From positions 704,001 through 768,000 of the forward strand of contig CAVYRH010000004.1 of the NCBI GenBank assembly GCA_963770835.1: 64,000 bases of DNA, written 5' to 3'. The notes under the pieces are model-generated. The model was not told the DNA's origin. It did not search any database and was given only the letters and a program-made list of their open reading frames with translations. Source of the stretch: an uncultured Pseudomonadota bacterium. Its GTDB lineage: Bacteria > Oederibacteriota > Muellerivitia > Muellerivitales > Muellerivitaceae. Positions 1 to 10,435 of this stretch are shown here, piece by piece. Position numbers and translations under genes: made by a program. Within the stretch, counting starts at the first letter, position 1, and every line of letters begins with the position of its first letter.

Positions 1-197
1 TGATGACTTGTTTTTTCATCGTTTATCACCATGGGGGCCGAATCTCCGCCAAAAGTCTAGGAGGCCGAGGCAACGTTTTCACCCTCACTTTTCCTTTGAA
101 TCCCCAGATCAAGACCTCGTTGGCCGAAGAAAAAGATTTTATGAGTAAAATATTGATCAACGAATCCTTGTGGGAAAAATTGCTGGCCGGAAGCTAA
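1..197 (+). CDS. C-terminal fragment of a sensor histidine kinase (HATPase_c end)
   Basis: FFIVYHHGGRISAKS..GNVFTLTFP resembles the end of an HATPase domain; truncated by the window edge. Confidence 0.7.
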   Translation, partial: MTCFFIVYHHGGRISAKSLGGRGNVFTLTFPLNPQIKTSLAEEKDFMSKILINESLWEKLLAGS

Positions 198-334
198 GGA
201 TGCTTTGATGTTCCTAGCAGCAGGTCGCGAAACAAACCGTTCGACGGCCTCCTCCATCTTCGCCACTATTTTCCCGTTTAACCAAATCGATATTCCGGCA
301 ATCTTTCGCCTCCAATGGGAATTTTGGTGCGATC

Positions 335-1468
335 ATGAATAGGATCAAAATACTTCAAAGCCTTTACCAGCTGTTTCCGGATAAGGCCCAGGACGATTTT
401 AATTTTTCCTCCGTTGAAAAATTCCTTCAACAAAGTTTTGGTTTGCGAAAGGCATTGTTCCTCTTTCGAGAAACGGACGGCTTAAAAACGCCGGATGGCA
501 AGAATCCTTTCAAGCCACTAGTGCAAAAAGAAATCTTGAAGCATTTCAAACGGGCTCCCATTCCGTGGGTTTGCCCACGCACGACACATTTCCCATGGCT
601 TGGTTTCTGGCCAGTGAAGACGGGAGGGAAGTGGATTGGTTGTTACGCTTTGGGAGAAAAGCTCAATGAGAACGGTTTGAGCGAGGAGGATGCACAATTA
701 ATGGAGCTTTTGGCAGACCGGACAGGGTTATACCTGGAGGCGAATCGCCTTTGGGGATTCTTGGAAAGGGTTGACCGTCAATCCACGCTTGGTTTTCTGT
801 CCGCCGCGATGATCCACGAAATCCGAAATCCCCTTACGGCTTTAAGCGCGCTTGCTCAGTTGTTGCCTCGCAAGAAAACCGATAGTGTTTTCTTGGAATC
901 CTTTGAAAGGTTGATGCTGCGGGAAACAGCGCGGTTGACCGACTTAACGGAAAATTTTTTGGGATTTTTAAAACCCACCGGAAAAGATGCTGTCCGAATC
1001 GACTTTACAGGGATGGTGGGACAAACAACGGATCTTTTGAGGCCCCTCTTCGTCATGAAGCGGGTTCGGTTGAAGGTGAATAATTCGGCGGGACTTTATT
1101 TAATGGGCGATGTGAATCAAATCAAAAGCTTGATTTTGAATTTGTCCCAAAATGCTTTTGAGTCCGCAGGTTCACGGGGAACCGTGGATATTTCAACAAC
1201 TTGGATGCCCCATTCGGTCCGCGGGTCCGGGCCATGGGTTGAATTTAAAGTAAAAAACAGCGGAACCGGCATTTTGAAGGAAGACTTGGATAAAGTTTTT
1301 ACCCCTTACTTTTCAACAAAGGAGAGAGGGACGGGATTGGGGTTGGCCATCTGTCAAAAAATTGTGGACAATCACCAGGGTGTCATTAAGCCATCCTCCT
1401 CAAACCGAAGCACGGTATTTCAAGTGTTTCTTCCCGCCCTTTCCAAAAACATGGGAAAAAGCCTTTAG
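335..1468 (+). CDS. Sensor histidine kinase (GAF-like + HisKA + HATPase_c)
   Basis: H-box HEIRNPL, N-box NLSQNA, G-box FSTKERGTGLGL. Confidence 0.9.
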   Translation: MNRIKILQSLYQLFPDKAQDDFNFSSVEKFLQQSFGLRKALFLFRETDGLKTPDGKNPFKPLVQKEILKHFKRAPIPWVCPRTTHFPWLGFWPVKTGGKWIGCYALGEKLNENGLSEEDAQLMELLADRTGLYLEANRLWGFLERVDRQSTLGFLSAAMIHEIRNPLTALSALAQLLPRKKTDSVFLESFERLMLRETARLTDLTENFLGFLKPTGKDAVRIDFTGMVGQTTDLLRPLFVMKRVRLKVNNSAGLYLMGDVNQIKSLILNLSQNAFESAGSRGTVDISTTWMPHSVRGSGPWVEFKVKNSGTGILKEDLDKVFTPYFSTKERGTGLGLAICQKIVDNHQGVIKPSSSNRSTVFQVFLPALSKNMGKSL

Positions 1469-1529
1469 AATCAATACTAAATTCAATTAGAATTTTTCGT
1501 ACGATTCCTGGTTTTTTGGTATTTTATTA

Positions 1530-2144
1530 GTGTCCAAGTCGTTAACTTTGGAAGGTTATATGCCATTTAAAACCGGTTCAATCCTCATCATGGAGGACGA
1601 CGTTCCTTTTCGCGACCACTTAAAAGGTATTTGCGCTGGAATTGGCAAACCATGGGTCGTCGGAAAAACCGAGGATGCCTTGGCCCTGCTCCTCCAGCAG
1701 CCTTTTCAACTTTTACTTTTGAACTGGAATTTGATCCAATTGGATCCTTCCGCTTTTGAAATGGCCATCAACAATTTCCAATCAGGCGCCAACCGAATGG
1801 CTTTGTTTAAGTTTCCCAAATTAGTCCCGGTTATTGCGGCTATGAAATCCGGAATGAGTGATGTCCTTTGGCCGGGTCAGGATACGGAGGCTTTAAAAGA
1901 GAAAATTATGGATTCCCTTAATCAAACAAAACCGGCATTGATTACACATTCATTTGTTTCCCAGTTGGCGGAATCCGTAACCGATAAGGCCATCGAGGAA
2001 AAAATTTCCTTTTTCAAAGCCCGGAAAGAATTTTCTAAAACTTTTCTTTATCAAATCATCGGCCGTCGAAAAATGCGCCGTTCACAATTAGCCGGCCTGA
2101 TGGGCGTCAGTACCCGCACCTTGCACCGCTATTTGTCGGCCTAA
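1530..2144 (+). CDS. Atypical response regulator (receiver + Fis-type HTH)
   Basis: ILIMEDD receiver start; C-terminal LAGLMGVSTRTLHRYL HTH; phospho-acceptor Asp appears to be Asn. Confidence 0.75.
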   Translation: MSKSLTLEGYMPFKTGSILIMEDDVPFRDHLKGICAGIGKPWVVGKTEDALALLLQQPFQLLLLNWNLIQLDPSAFEMAINNFQSGANRMALFKFPKLVPVIAAMKSGMSDVLWPGQDTEALKEKIMDSLNQTKPALITHSFVSQLAESVTDKAIEEKISFFKARKEFSKTFLYQIIGRRKMRRSQLAGLMGVSTRTLHRYLSA

Positions 2145-2333
2145 AACAAAAATAATAGTTCGTAAAAAATCACTCCAGCCTTCCGTCCCCGTTAAAAAAT
2201 TTCCTTTTGGGACTTCAAATATTGCTAAATGGTTGGTCTTGAAGAGCGATTGCCTTAATGTTGCCCATTGTTGGCTGGAAGTCATGGATGGGTTACCGGG
2301 TGAAAAAGGTTTGTGGGAAGAAATTTAAAATTT

Positions 2334-3188
2334 TCAACGCAGCAGCCATACGACCACCGAAGCCGCCAGACAGTAAATGCCAAACCAACCCCAACGACCG
2401 CGCGACAACCAGTCGGAAAGCCAGCGAAGCGCCAAGAGGCCAGCCAGAAAACTAAAAAACATTCCCAAGATCCCCGGCAGGAAGAGACTAGCCGTCTCTC
2501 CGAAGGAAAGGCTGAAAAAAGGGTGGGCTTTGAGAAACCGTAGAATTTCCACGCCGAGCGCGAAGGGCGTCAAGGACACGGCTAGGGCGAAACTGAATTC
2601 TTCCGATTTTACTTTTTCCAGTCCCAAGAGAAGACCGGTGGAAATCGTGGCGCCGGAACGGGAAAAGCCCCGGAAGGGAAGGCAAAGCCCCTGAATAAGG
2701 CCGATCAGAATCGATTCCAAAGGGGCTAGGCCCTTCTTCCCATCTGCATTTTTTTCACGGGTGGAGGCGAATAGGATTAAGAGGCCAACCACACCCAAGG
2801 AAAGCGAAATCAAACGCAAGTTTCCGAAGAGAGATTCCACTTCGGCTTTGGGGCCTCCCCTAAGGACGACTTTTTCTATTAAAAGTTTCAAAACGTAGCC
2901 TAGAACAAGCGTCACGACCGTGGCCAAGGCTACCTGGGTCAAGAAAGCCCGGCCTTTGGAAGCCGATTGGAAATAATGCGCAGTCCAACCATTCCAAAAA
3001 TAAAAAATCACCGCCAGCATGGTGCCCGTGTGAAGCATGACGAGCAAGAGGGTCATTTCCGGCAGGGTGGGGTCCAGGCCCATGAGTTTTTCAGCTAGGA
3101 TGACATGGGCGGAACTGGAAATAGGCAGGAGTTCGGCAAAGCCTTGAACGAGAGCCAAAACAACGATTTGCAGAAAGTTCATAAGCAA
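2334..3188 (-). CDS. uppP: Undecaprenyl-diphosphate phosphatase
   Basis: QGFAELLPISSSAH and GFSRSGATI motifs; multiple TM segments. Confidence 0.92.
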   Translation of the reverse strand: MLMNFLQIVVLALVQGFAELLPISSSAHVILAEKLMGLDPTLPEMTLLLVMLHTGTMLAVIFYFWNGWTAHYFQSASKGRAFLTQVALATVVTLVLGYVLKLLIEKVVLRGGPKAEVESLFGNLRLISLSLGVVGLLILFASTREKNADGKKGLAPLESILIGLIQGLCLPFRGFSRSGATISTGLLLGLEKVKSEEFSFALAVSLTPFALGVEILRFLKAHPFFSLSFGETASLFLPGILGMFFSFLAGLLALRWLSDWLSRGRWGWFGIYCLAASVVVWLLR

Positions 3189-3266
3189 TCCTTTGGAAGG
3201 CCAGAGTAATTTTCGAGGATAAGATAAACCAATGATCCGGGAAAGATCAAAAAAAATTCGGGTGAA

Positions 3267-3599
3267 TTATTTGTTGTTTTTCTTGCTCGTGGATTTCAGG
3301 TAGGCCAGGATGAAATCGCATGTGGCTTCGTCAATTTTGCCCTTTTCCCCCATTCTCGGGACGATTTTTTCCCATACCTGTGGTGTTCTTTCGGAGGGGA
3401 GGTGTAACTGGTGACAACTGGCGCAATGAGCGGCGTAAAGATGACGCCCCGTCTGCAAGTCCATCAAGGTGAGGCCGGGTTGATCGGCTTGAATCCTCGA
3501 TAAACTCTCATTGGTGGGGCTAGGCAAAAAAGGCACGCAAGCCAAAGGGAGGGCAAGGATTAAGAACCCTGCCAAGATCGCCTTCCCAAAGAGGTTCAT
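3267..3599 (-). CDS. Small c-type cytochrome, possible lipoprotein
   Basis: CASCH heme motif, distal Met (VPRM), signal peptide ending LPLAC; start chosen at MNLFGK. Confidence 0.75.
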   Translation of the reverse strand: MNLFGKAILAGFLILALPLACVPFLPSPTNESLSRIQADQPGLTLMDLQTGRHLYAAHCASCHQLHLPSERTPQVWEKIVPRMGEKGKIDEATCDFILAYLKSTSKKNNK

Positions 3600-3621
3600 C
3601 GAATTTCCTTTTTTAGTTTTC

Positions 3622-4395
3622 TTAAAGGTCGAAGGAAGTGGCAATGGCGATTTGGTCCCTCTGACTATCCGTAAAATCCAAAGTTGAGCTTCCGAAATTC
3701 GTCAATTGAGGCAGGAAACAAAGCTCAACCCACCAGTTCTTGCCGGAGTATTGGATGCAGGGACCGGCTGAAAAAACGGACCGCATAGGATGGTCATCGT
3801 AAAAATTCTCATCCATGGCCTCAAACCCAACGAAAACCGAGTCAGAAAGAAACAATCCCGCGCCAAGGGAAGGGCGCAAAAGGAGGGATTGGTTAGTGTC
3901 CGTGTAATCAAAGGCTGGAGCGGCCAACAGGTTAAAAGTCCAAAGCCAGGAACCCATGTTTTTATCTACAATCACCTTAGTTTCCAGTTCGAAATCATCC
4001 GGTTCAAATTCCGGCTCCAGGTATAAACCCAGGCCAAAGGTGTCGGCCGAGCTGTCCATCAACTTGAATTTCCATTCGTTGGAAATCCCGTCCAAAACGG
4101 GCCCAACTAATTGGGGACCGTTCCCTGGGTCTGCGAATTGCTGGGTGAAATTAAGGTAAAGCGAGGTTTGGACGCCCAGATCTAAACCGGTTTCAAATTC
4201 GATGCTTTGATTCATGGCAGAGTAAAAGCTGTTGCGGCCAAAAAGGTACCAGGTATAAGTCTCCAAGTCCCGTTCTCCCGGCCCGAGGTTATTCGACTCG
4301 TAGTTAAAAATGAAATGCCGGTCGGCCGCGGGGGACAGCCCGGGAAGGGTCAGCAAAATAAGTCCTAATATGAATTTCCAGTAACATTTTTTCAT
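3622..4395 (-). CDS. Exported, probably outer-membrane beta-barrel protein
   Basis: Signal peptide, amphipathic aromatic-rich strands, operonic with the cytochrome c. Confidence 0.6.
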   Translation of the reverse strand: MKKCYWKFILGLILLTLPGLSPAADRHFIFNYESNNLGPGERDLETYTWYLFGRNSFYSAMNQSIEFETGLDLGVQTSLYLNFTQQFADPGNGPQLVGPVLDGISNEWKFKLMDSSADTFGLGLYLEPEFEPDDFELETKVIVDKNMGSWLWTFNLLAAPAFDYTDTNQSLLLRPSLGAGLFLSDSVFVGFEAMDENFYDDHPMRSVFSAGPCIQYSGKNWWVELCFLPQLTNFGSSTLDFTDSQRDQIAIATSFDL

Positions 4396-4449
4396 CCGGT
4401 TCTCCCTGTTTTAAACGACCCAGCCAATAAAAAATGGCCGAGTCATTAA

Positions 4450-4481
4450 TGATAACAAATTTCAATTGAAAGTAATTATCA
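4450..4481. promoter_or_regulatory. Tandem Fur-family-like 7-1-7 boxes
   Basis: TGATAACAAATTTCA (4450-4464) and TGAAAGTAATTATCA (4467-4481) resemble TGATAATnATTATCA; upstream of the gene starting at 4395. Confidence 0.5.
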
Positions 4482-4517
4482 ATAACAAAAATTAATTGTC
4501 AAGCGAGAAAAAGAAAC

Positions 4518-5537
4518 TCAGTAAAAGGCGCCCGCGGATTTGCGCCAAAGGTCCAGGACTTTCATGTTGCCAAGGCTGTCGGCCCAACCCATCGCAGGAC
4601 ATTCCTCCCAACCTTTGCGGATGGAAAGGGCCACGGCATCCGCTTCCGCGGTATATAAATTGCGGTCGCAATGAATTGAAATTTTTCGTTGTTTCTTTTC
4701 GTCTTTTTTTTGTAGTAATAAATAAGACGTGCCGGCGTTCCATGTTGCGAACCATGGGGAGGGGATGGTGAGGCTGCCCTTGGAGCCATCGATTTTTACC
4801 ATGGAGGGGCCCCGGTCAACGCGAGTGCAGCAGGAAAGCTCGGCCAGGATATCCCCGGGAAACTTGAGGGAAGCCAAGGCCATTTCGTCCACCCTGCTTT
4901 TTGTTCCCATCACGGCTATGCCCTTGACCTCGAGGGGCTCCACAAAGGATTTCTTTAGAGCCGCGCCCGCCAGAAGCCGGGCCATGGAAACCGGATAACA
5001 GCCGATGTCCAGAATGCCCCCGCCACCCAGTTTGCGGTTGAAGAGACGATGTTTCGGGTCTAACGGTTTATCAAAGCAAAAGGCCGCTTGGATCAGGCGG
5101 ACCTCGCCGATGGCTTTTTGGCGGATCAATTCAACCACTTTTGCGGTTTGGGGATGACAACGGTACATGAAGGCTTCCATAAGGAAAACCCCGCTTACTC
5201 GGGCCGCTTGTATCACCTTTACGGTATCCGGATAGTTCATGGTAAGGGGTTTTTCACAGAGGATGTGCTTACCAGCCTTGGCCGCCTGAATGACCCATCG
5301 GGCGTGAAGGGGATGGGGAGTTGCAATATAAACGGCTTCTACGAAAGGGTCCTTTAATAGTTCCTGGTAACTTCCATAGGCTTGGGGAATGCGATATTTT
5401 TTGGAAAACTCCCGCGCCGAAACCAAGGAACGGCTTCCGACGGCAGTTAGTCGCCCGCTTTTAGAAGAGAGCACCCCTTCGGCGAAAATACCGGCGATAT
5501 GGCCAGTAGATAAAATGCCCCAACGAATGGGTTTCAT
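4518..5537 (-). CDS. Gfo/Idh/MocA family oxidoreductase
   Basis: IRWGILSTGHIA, AGKHILCEKP, GGGGILDIGCY. Confidence 0.92.
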   Translation of the reverse strand: MKPIRWGILSTGHIAGIFAEGVLSSKSGRLTAVGSRSLVSAREFSKKYRIPQAYGSYQELLKDPFVEAVYIATPHPLHARWVIQAAKAGKHILCEKPLTMNYPDTVKVIQAARVSGVFLMEAFMYRCHPQTAKVVELIRQKAIGEVRLIQAAFCFDKPLDPKHRLFNRKLGGGGILDIGCYPVSMARLLAGAALKKSFVEPLEVKGIAVMGTKSRVDEMALASLKFPGDILAELSCCTRVDRGPSMVKIDGSKGSLTIPSPWFATWNAGTSYLLLQKKDEKKQRKISIHCDRNLYTAEADAVALSIRKGWEECPAMGWADSLGNMKVLDLWRKSAGAFY

Positions 5538-5551
5538 GATAATTCCTTAAC

Positions 5552-6469
5552 TTAAGTTTTCTTTTCATCCGGAGGACGTGTTTTCCACCGTTGGTGCATC
5601 CATACCCATTGGTCTGGATAAGCACGCACATATTGTTCAATAACTTGGGTGATCCGGCAGATGGATTCCACTACGTCTTTTTCTTTGTCTCCGCTCCGTG
5701 GAACCTCGACTTCCTTTTCGGCATGTAATTCAAAGCGGCCGTCTGCACCCCGGACCACGAAGGCAGGCACTAGCGCCGCGCCCGTTTTTTGGGCGATCCG
5801 GGCCACACCCGATTGGGTCCAAGCCGGCTTGTCAAAAAAAGGTACAAAGATTCCGTCCTGGCCGGTGTCCTGGTCGCAGAGGGCCAGAATCACTTGTTGG
5901 TCCTTCAAGGCTTCCAGGATTCCCCTCAAGGCCATGCCACGTTTGATCATGGCGGCAGCCCCCAATTTTTCAACGCGAAAACGGTTGATCAACTCGTCGA
6001 ACCGGGGGTCGTAAAGTTGCTGGGCTACGGCAGAAGCCTTGTGTCGGGTGCCGAGGTACCCTCCCAATAGTTCCCAGTTTCCAAGATGGGCGGTGACGAG
6101 GAAGGCGCCTTTGCCCCGTTGAAGGGCTTTTTCAAGGTTCTCCCAACCTTCCACCCGGGCAATCTGGGAAACGATTTTTTCCAAATCCCAACCTGTCCAA
6201 TGCACGACCTCGAAAAGGTTCTGACCCAAGTTTCTCCAAGAAGCCTGGGCCAAATTGATCGCTTCTTTATCCCCCCAGTCCGGGTAGGCCGTGTGGAGGC
6301 TTTCTAAGGTCTTGCGGCGTTCCCCGCCCGCCAGGTTGAAAACCAAGCCACCAAAACCCCGGCCCAGACAGGAAACCCAGGAATAGGGAAGCCACGCGAG
6401 CAGGACCATCAGCACCCGGGCGGAGCAATAAATGAGGTTGTTTTTAAATTTTTGGAGGGGCCGAGCCAT
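5552..6469 (-). CDS. Lipid A lauroyl/myristoyl (LpxL-family) acyltransferase
   Basis: TAHLGNWE, DQD, VPFF, PDQWVWMHQRWK. Confidence 0.9.
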   Translation of the reverse strand: MARPLQKFKNNLIYCSARVLMVLLAWLPYSWVSCLGRGFGGLVFNLAGGERRKTLESLHTAYPDWGDKEAINLAQASWRNLGQNLFEVVHWTGWDLEKIVSQIARVEGWENLEKALQRGKGAFLVTAHLGNWELLGGYLGTRHKASAVAQQLYDPRFDELINRFRVEKLGAAAMIKRGMALRGILEALKDQQVILALCDQDTGQDGIFVPFFDKPAWTQSGVARIAQKTGAALVPAFVVRGADGRFELHAEKEVEVPRSGDKEKDVVESICRITQVIEQYVRAYPDQWVWMHQRWKTRPPDEKKT

Positions 6470-6721
6470 TTATACCTCGGAATTTAGGGAAAACACGCGT
6501 GAAGAATATACACCCGACCTGAAAAAAATAAGAAAGGGAAACGACGGCTTTCCTTGGACATTTTCCTCTATTTCTCATCCACTCGAACGAATGGTTCCCG
6601 GATTTGGTATTGAACGTCGCTTCGCGCTCAAAGGGTAAAACCCCTGTGAACCCCTTCTGGAAGCCAGGGAGGAACCTCTGCTCCTTTCTGAAACCCGCCT
6701 CAACCCGGAGAAATATATAAA

Positions 6722-6760
6722 AAGAAAAAGGGCCACGCTTTATAGGCGATGGCCCTTTGT
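6722..6760 (-). terminator. Intrinsic terminator after tRNA-Asn
   Basis: AAAGGGCCA...TGGCCCTTT hairpin with a T tract on the minus strand. Confidence 0.6.
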
Positions 6761-6765
6761 TTATC

Positions 6766-6840
6766 TGGCTCCCCGGGTTGGACTCGAACCAACAACCCTG
6801 CGATTAACAGTCGCATGCTCCACCATTGAGCTACCGGGGA
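6766..6840 (-). tRNA. tRNA-Asn(GTT)
   Basis: Reverse complement TCCCCGGTAGCTCAATGG...ctGTTaa...GGTTCGAGTCC...GGGGAGCCA cloverleaf. Confidence 0.96.
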
Positions 6841-6961
6841 ATTTTCCCGAAAACACGGGAGTTTTAAGTTGTATGAAGGGGCAACAAAAAACCCCGAAAG
6901 CCAAAGGCTTTTGGGGGAAAGCTAGTCTAATGTACCATTCACAAAAGTCAAGTTTTCCAAC

Positions 6962-8011
6962 TCAGCCAGTTGTTCCATTTCCCCACGGATTCCAGTCCAT
7001 TCCCTCCGGTAGGTTCGGCTTCGTACCCTTTTGGTAGGCCTCAATCATTAGGTCCTCAAAACGGTCTTCTTCAACTTTCTTTAGTTTGCCGGTTTCTTCC
7101 ATCCAGGCTACCTGTCGGCGGAAAGTCTCGACCAGGGGGATGGTGGTCTTGAATCCCAAATCCCGGGCGGCTTTGGAATTGTCAAAGACCGAGGGGTATT
7201 GGTAAATGTACTTCACCCCAACGGCCCGGTGAGGTGCCTGGGTGTAAAGCCAGTCGGTCGGGATATAGATAGGGTTAAACTTGCCGCCGACCGCTTTGGC
7301 CAGTTCGGTGAAAACGCCGTTCCAGTCCGTGTGTTCATCGCTGGTCAAGTGATAGGCCTGACCATAGGCCTTGGGGTTCAAGAGGCAGTTCACGAAACCC
7401 TTCGCCACGTCCGACACGTGGGCAATGGCCCAGGCCGCCCTGCCGTCATCTATGAGGATGACCGGTAAACCTTTCCGCATACGGTTGGGCAGGCTGTCGT
7501 CAAAGAGGATGCCGGAAGCCGTCGTCCCCTCACCGGTGGTAAAGGATGGGCGCAGGACGGTGGTGTGCAGGCCGTCCTTGCTGTCAGTGGAAAGCAGAAT
7601 GGATTCAATCTTAGACTTGTTCTTGCCGTAATCGCCCACGGGCCGGTGGGGCTCATCATCGGTGGCTGGGAGCTTGGTCATGGGCCCGCCATAGACGCAA
7701 ACCGTGGAACAGACCACGATGTGCTTCACGTGGCCGGTGAAAGCCCGAAGGACCGATTCGGCGTTTTCGGGCGCGAAAGCCACCATGTCGATGACCGCGT
7801 CGAAACTTAAATCCCTCATTTGTTTCTCAAACACCGGGTAATCCCAACGGTTGCCCTTGATCTCCTTCACGGTCTTGGGGATGCGCGAGGGCGTTACGCC
7901 CCGGTTGTAAACCGTTACGTCATCGCCCCGTTCCACTAACTGATTCACGATAGCCGTGGAGATAAGCCCTGTGCCGCCGATTAAAAGAACTTTCATGGGT
8001 CCTCTTTTCAT
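6962..8011 (-). CDS. NAD-dependent epimerase/dehydratase (extended SDR)
   Basis: GGTGLIS Rossmann motif, YGKNK catalytic YxxxK. Confidence 0.9.
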   Translation of the reverse strand: MKRGPMKVLLIGGTGLISTAIVNQLVERGDDVTVYNRGVTPSRIPKTVKEIKGNRWDYPVFEKQMRDLSFDAVIDMVAFAPENAESVLRAFTGHVKHIVVCSTVCVYGGPMTKLPATDDEPHRPVGDYGKNKSKIESILLSTDSKDGLHTTVLRPSFTTGEGTTASGILFDDSLPNRMRKGLPVILIDDGRAAWAIAHVSDVAKGFVNCLLNPKAYGQAYHLTSDEHTDWNGVFTELAKAVGGKFNPIYIPTDWLYTQAPHRAVGVKYIYQYPSVFDNSKAARDLGFKTTIPLVETFRRQVAWMEETGKLKKVEEDRFEDLMIEAYQKGTKPNLPEGMDWNPWGNGTTG

Positions 8012-8039
8012 GGGAAAAATTAACCTCCATCCAATCCGG

Positions 8040-10205
8040 TCAGTCTTTAAGGCGCCGTAAAAAATAATACTCGTTATAAGGATGGTCGTTGGTAATCACA
8101 AGGTGAGGGTCGGGATTTAAAAGAGTCGAAAGGGAGATCTCATGGGAAAGAAACGAATCCAGAAGGTGCTGGGGAGGTGTGGCAGGGCACCATTCCACCA
8201 AATCCCGCCGAGCGAGTGGCGGAATTTTGGGGGCCAGTTGGCCGGCTGTGAGGCTGGGCAAGGGTGACTCGGAGGCCAGGAAGTGGAAGCCATAATCCCG
8301 AGAGCCGAAAATCTTGACGCAAGGAAACGCCAGGGCCAGGGATCGCGCGATGGCCTGGATGGTAGCGTATTCCCCTGCTGGGGCCCATTGCTGCAGGATT
8401 CCCCCTTCCCGAAGATGGGATTTCGCCAATCGGTAAAACTCAGTCGAATAAAGGAGGCTGGAACCGGCCGCCTCCAAGGGTGGAGGGGGATCGATGGTGA
8501 TTAAGTCGTAGCTTTCCCGGCTGCGCTGGAGGAAGCGTTTACCGTCGTCAATGACCACGTTGCAATTAGGTTTGGCAAGGATTTGCGCCGCGTCATCGTA
8601 GTAATACCCAAAGGCCCTGGGGACGCAGGGAACCAAGTCCACGGCGGTGACCCGGATATTCCAACTGGCCAGGGACCGAAAAGTGGTCCCCATGCCGAAA
8701 CAGATATCAAGCGCGGAACGGGGGGGATGGGGAAGGAAAGCGAGGGGGAGATGTGCCATCATTTTCGTGGGTTGGACCATGGCCGTCATTCCAATGCCGT
8801 TCACGAAAAGGTCTTTGCTTAAGCCGCTGCCGCAGGAGACAACCGTGGCGGTGTAATCGCGGCGGATGACGTAGGAAGAATAATAGAAACCGAAAATTTC
8901 CTCGTAATCACCGGCCCAAAAGAGGGAAATAAAAAAAAGGGCATATCCCATTCCCCCTAAGATCCAGGCGGGGAGATTTTTCCAGCGGATTTCCGCGAGG
9001 CTCTGGAGGAGGAAAAAAGAGAATGGGAGGGCAAGCAAAACCAGGGACAGTTTGACGCCCAGTATGGGAAGTAGAAAATAGGAGGCGATCAAGGGGCCCA
9101 GGATACAGCCCAACACATTGATCGCGTAGGCCCGTGAGGCTTTTTCAGGATCGCCCATGGAAAACCGGTCTACCAGGCGGGGGGTCAGGTATCCCAGCAC
9201 GCTGCAAAAGGGCACGATGCTGAGGAGGACGCCTGGGATCGAAAATTGGATCCGCCTGTCATTCAACACCACCGTCAAAAGGGCGGAGGTAAAGCAGAGG
9301 CCCAACAATGGGGGGAGGGAAAGGACGGTTCCTTTCCGGTAATGCCGGCGGTAAAGCCATGATCCAACGAAAGTGGAAAGAAGGTAGGCGAAAAGGATAG
9401 AAGCATAGGAGTAAACCTGGGTTTTCAGGACCACTGTAAAATCCCTGGTCCAAACCACTTCCATGGCCATTGAAGTGAAGCCTGTCGTGAAAAGGATCCA
9501 AAGGGGGTGGGATGAAACCGGCCCGGCCTTAGGGACCGCTCGGCCGGGCGAAGCCTGCGAAGGGGAGGCGGACAAAGCGGTACGCCCTGCTAGAACTTTG
9601 GCCGATAGGGCGATGGAAGTATTCAACCCGGCCGCAACCCAAAGAGTGCCGTGAAACCCTAGTATTTCAACGAGGAGGGGAGTCGCCAGGGTGCCGGACA
9701 TGGCACCCAATACATTCGCCGTATAAAGAAAACTGAAACTATCCTTGGATCCCCTGGATTTTCGCAGAAAGGCCATCATCAATGGGAAGGTGGCTCCCAT
9801 GCAGAAACACCAGGGAAGAAGGGAAAGGAAGAGGACGACCGCCGAAAAAAACAGATAACGGGTGGAATCGGCAGCGCCCAACGGAAGCAGGAGGATTTCC
9901 CCCAAACCGAATAGGGAGGGAACGACAAAGCCGCCCAGGCCGATCAATCCCTCGGAAAGAGCGTAATACCGGAGGAAGTCCCCCGCCGAAGCCCGGGGGT
10001 GCCCGGAAACGAACCGGCCGCCCCACCAAGAACCCAAGGCCAGGCCTGCCATGAAGACCGAGAGGACCGCCGACAGGACGGGCGTCGTGATACCGAAGGA
10101 GGCGAAGGCCAGCCGAATCCAGACAATTTGGTAGAGAAGACTGCAAAAACCGGAGACGAAGAAGAAGCCGAAGAGCAGCTTTGGAACGGAAGGTGAAGGT
10201 TTCAA
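8040..10205 (-). CDS. Fused membrane domain / spermidine-synthase-like protein
   Basis: SGFCSLLYQIVW TM repeats followed by a class I SAM-binding domain (DICFGMGT, DDGKRFL, YDLITIDPPPP). Confidence 0.85.
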   Translation of the reverse strand: MKPSPSVPKLLFGFFFVSGFCSLLYQIVWIRLAFASFGITTPVLSAVLSVFMAGLALGSWWGGRFVSGHPRASAGDFLRYYALSEGLIGLGGFVVPSLFGLGEILLLPLGAADSTRYLFFSAVVLFLSLLPWCFCMGATFPLMMAFLRKSRGSKDSFSFLYTANVLGAMSGTLATPLLVEILGFHGTLWVAAGLNTSIALSAKVLAGRTALSASPSQASPGRAVPKAGPVSSHPLWILFTTGFTSMAMEVVWTRDFTVVLKTQVYSYASILFAYLLSTFVGSWLYRRHYRKGTVLSLPPLLGLCFTSALLTVVLNDRRIQFSIPGVLLSIVPFCSVLGYLTPRLVDRFSMGDPEKASRAYAINVLGCILGPLIASYFLLPILGVKLSLVLLALPFSFFLLQSLAEIRWKNLPAWILGGMGYALFFISLFWAGDYEEIFGFYYSSYVIRRDYTATVVSCGSGLSKDLFVNGIGMTAMVQPTKMMAHLPLAFLPHPPRSALDICFGMGTTFRSLASWNIRVTAVDLVPCVPRAFGYYYDDAAQILAKPNCNVVIDDGKRFLQRSRESYDLITIDPPPPLEAAGSSLLYSTEFYRLAKSHLREGGILQQWAPAGEYATIQAIARSLALAFPCVKIFGSRDYGFHFLASESPLPSLTAGQLAPKIPPLARRDLVEWCPATPPQHLLDSFLSHEISLSTLLNPDPHLVITNDHPYNEYYFLRRLKD

Positions 10206-10435
10206 AAAGGTCCTTGGATTTGAAAAAGGGTCTTCGGCTGGTTCCGGCCGCGGGACAATCTGGAATTTGAACCGGATAGAGACTTTTGAAATTCTATCAG
10301 TAATTACAGGCGGGAAAAAGGCTCTTTTGAAGGCCTTGGAGACAGAGGAAGAAAGGGCGGAAGGGAGTAACCTGAATGCGGTGGGAATAAAGAAAAACCC
10401 AGGGGCGGTTAACCCGCCCCTGGGTCTCAGCCGGA

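Noticed and set aside
6470..6720. Island remnant downstream of tRNA-Asn
   Set aside because: No tRNA 3' duplication or integrase fragment found.
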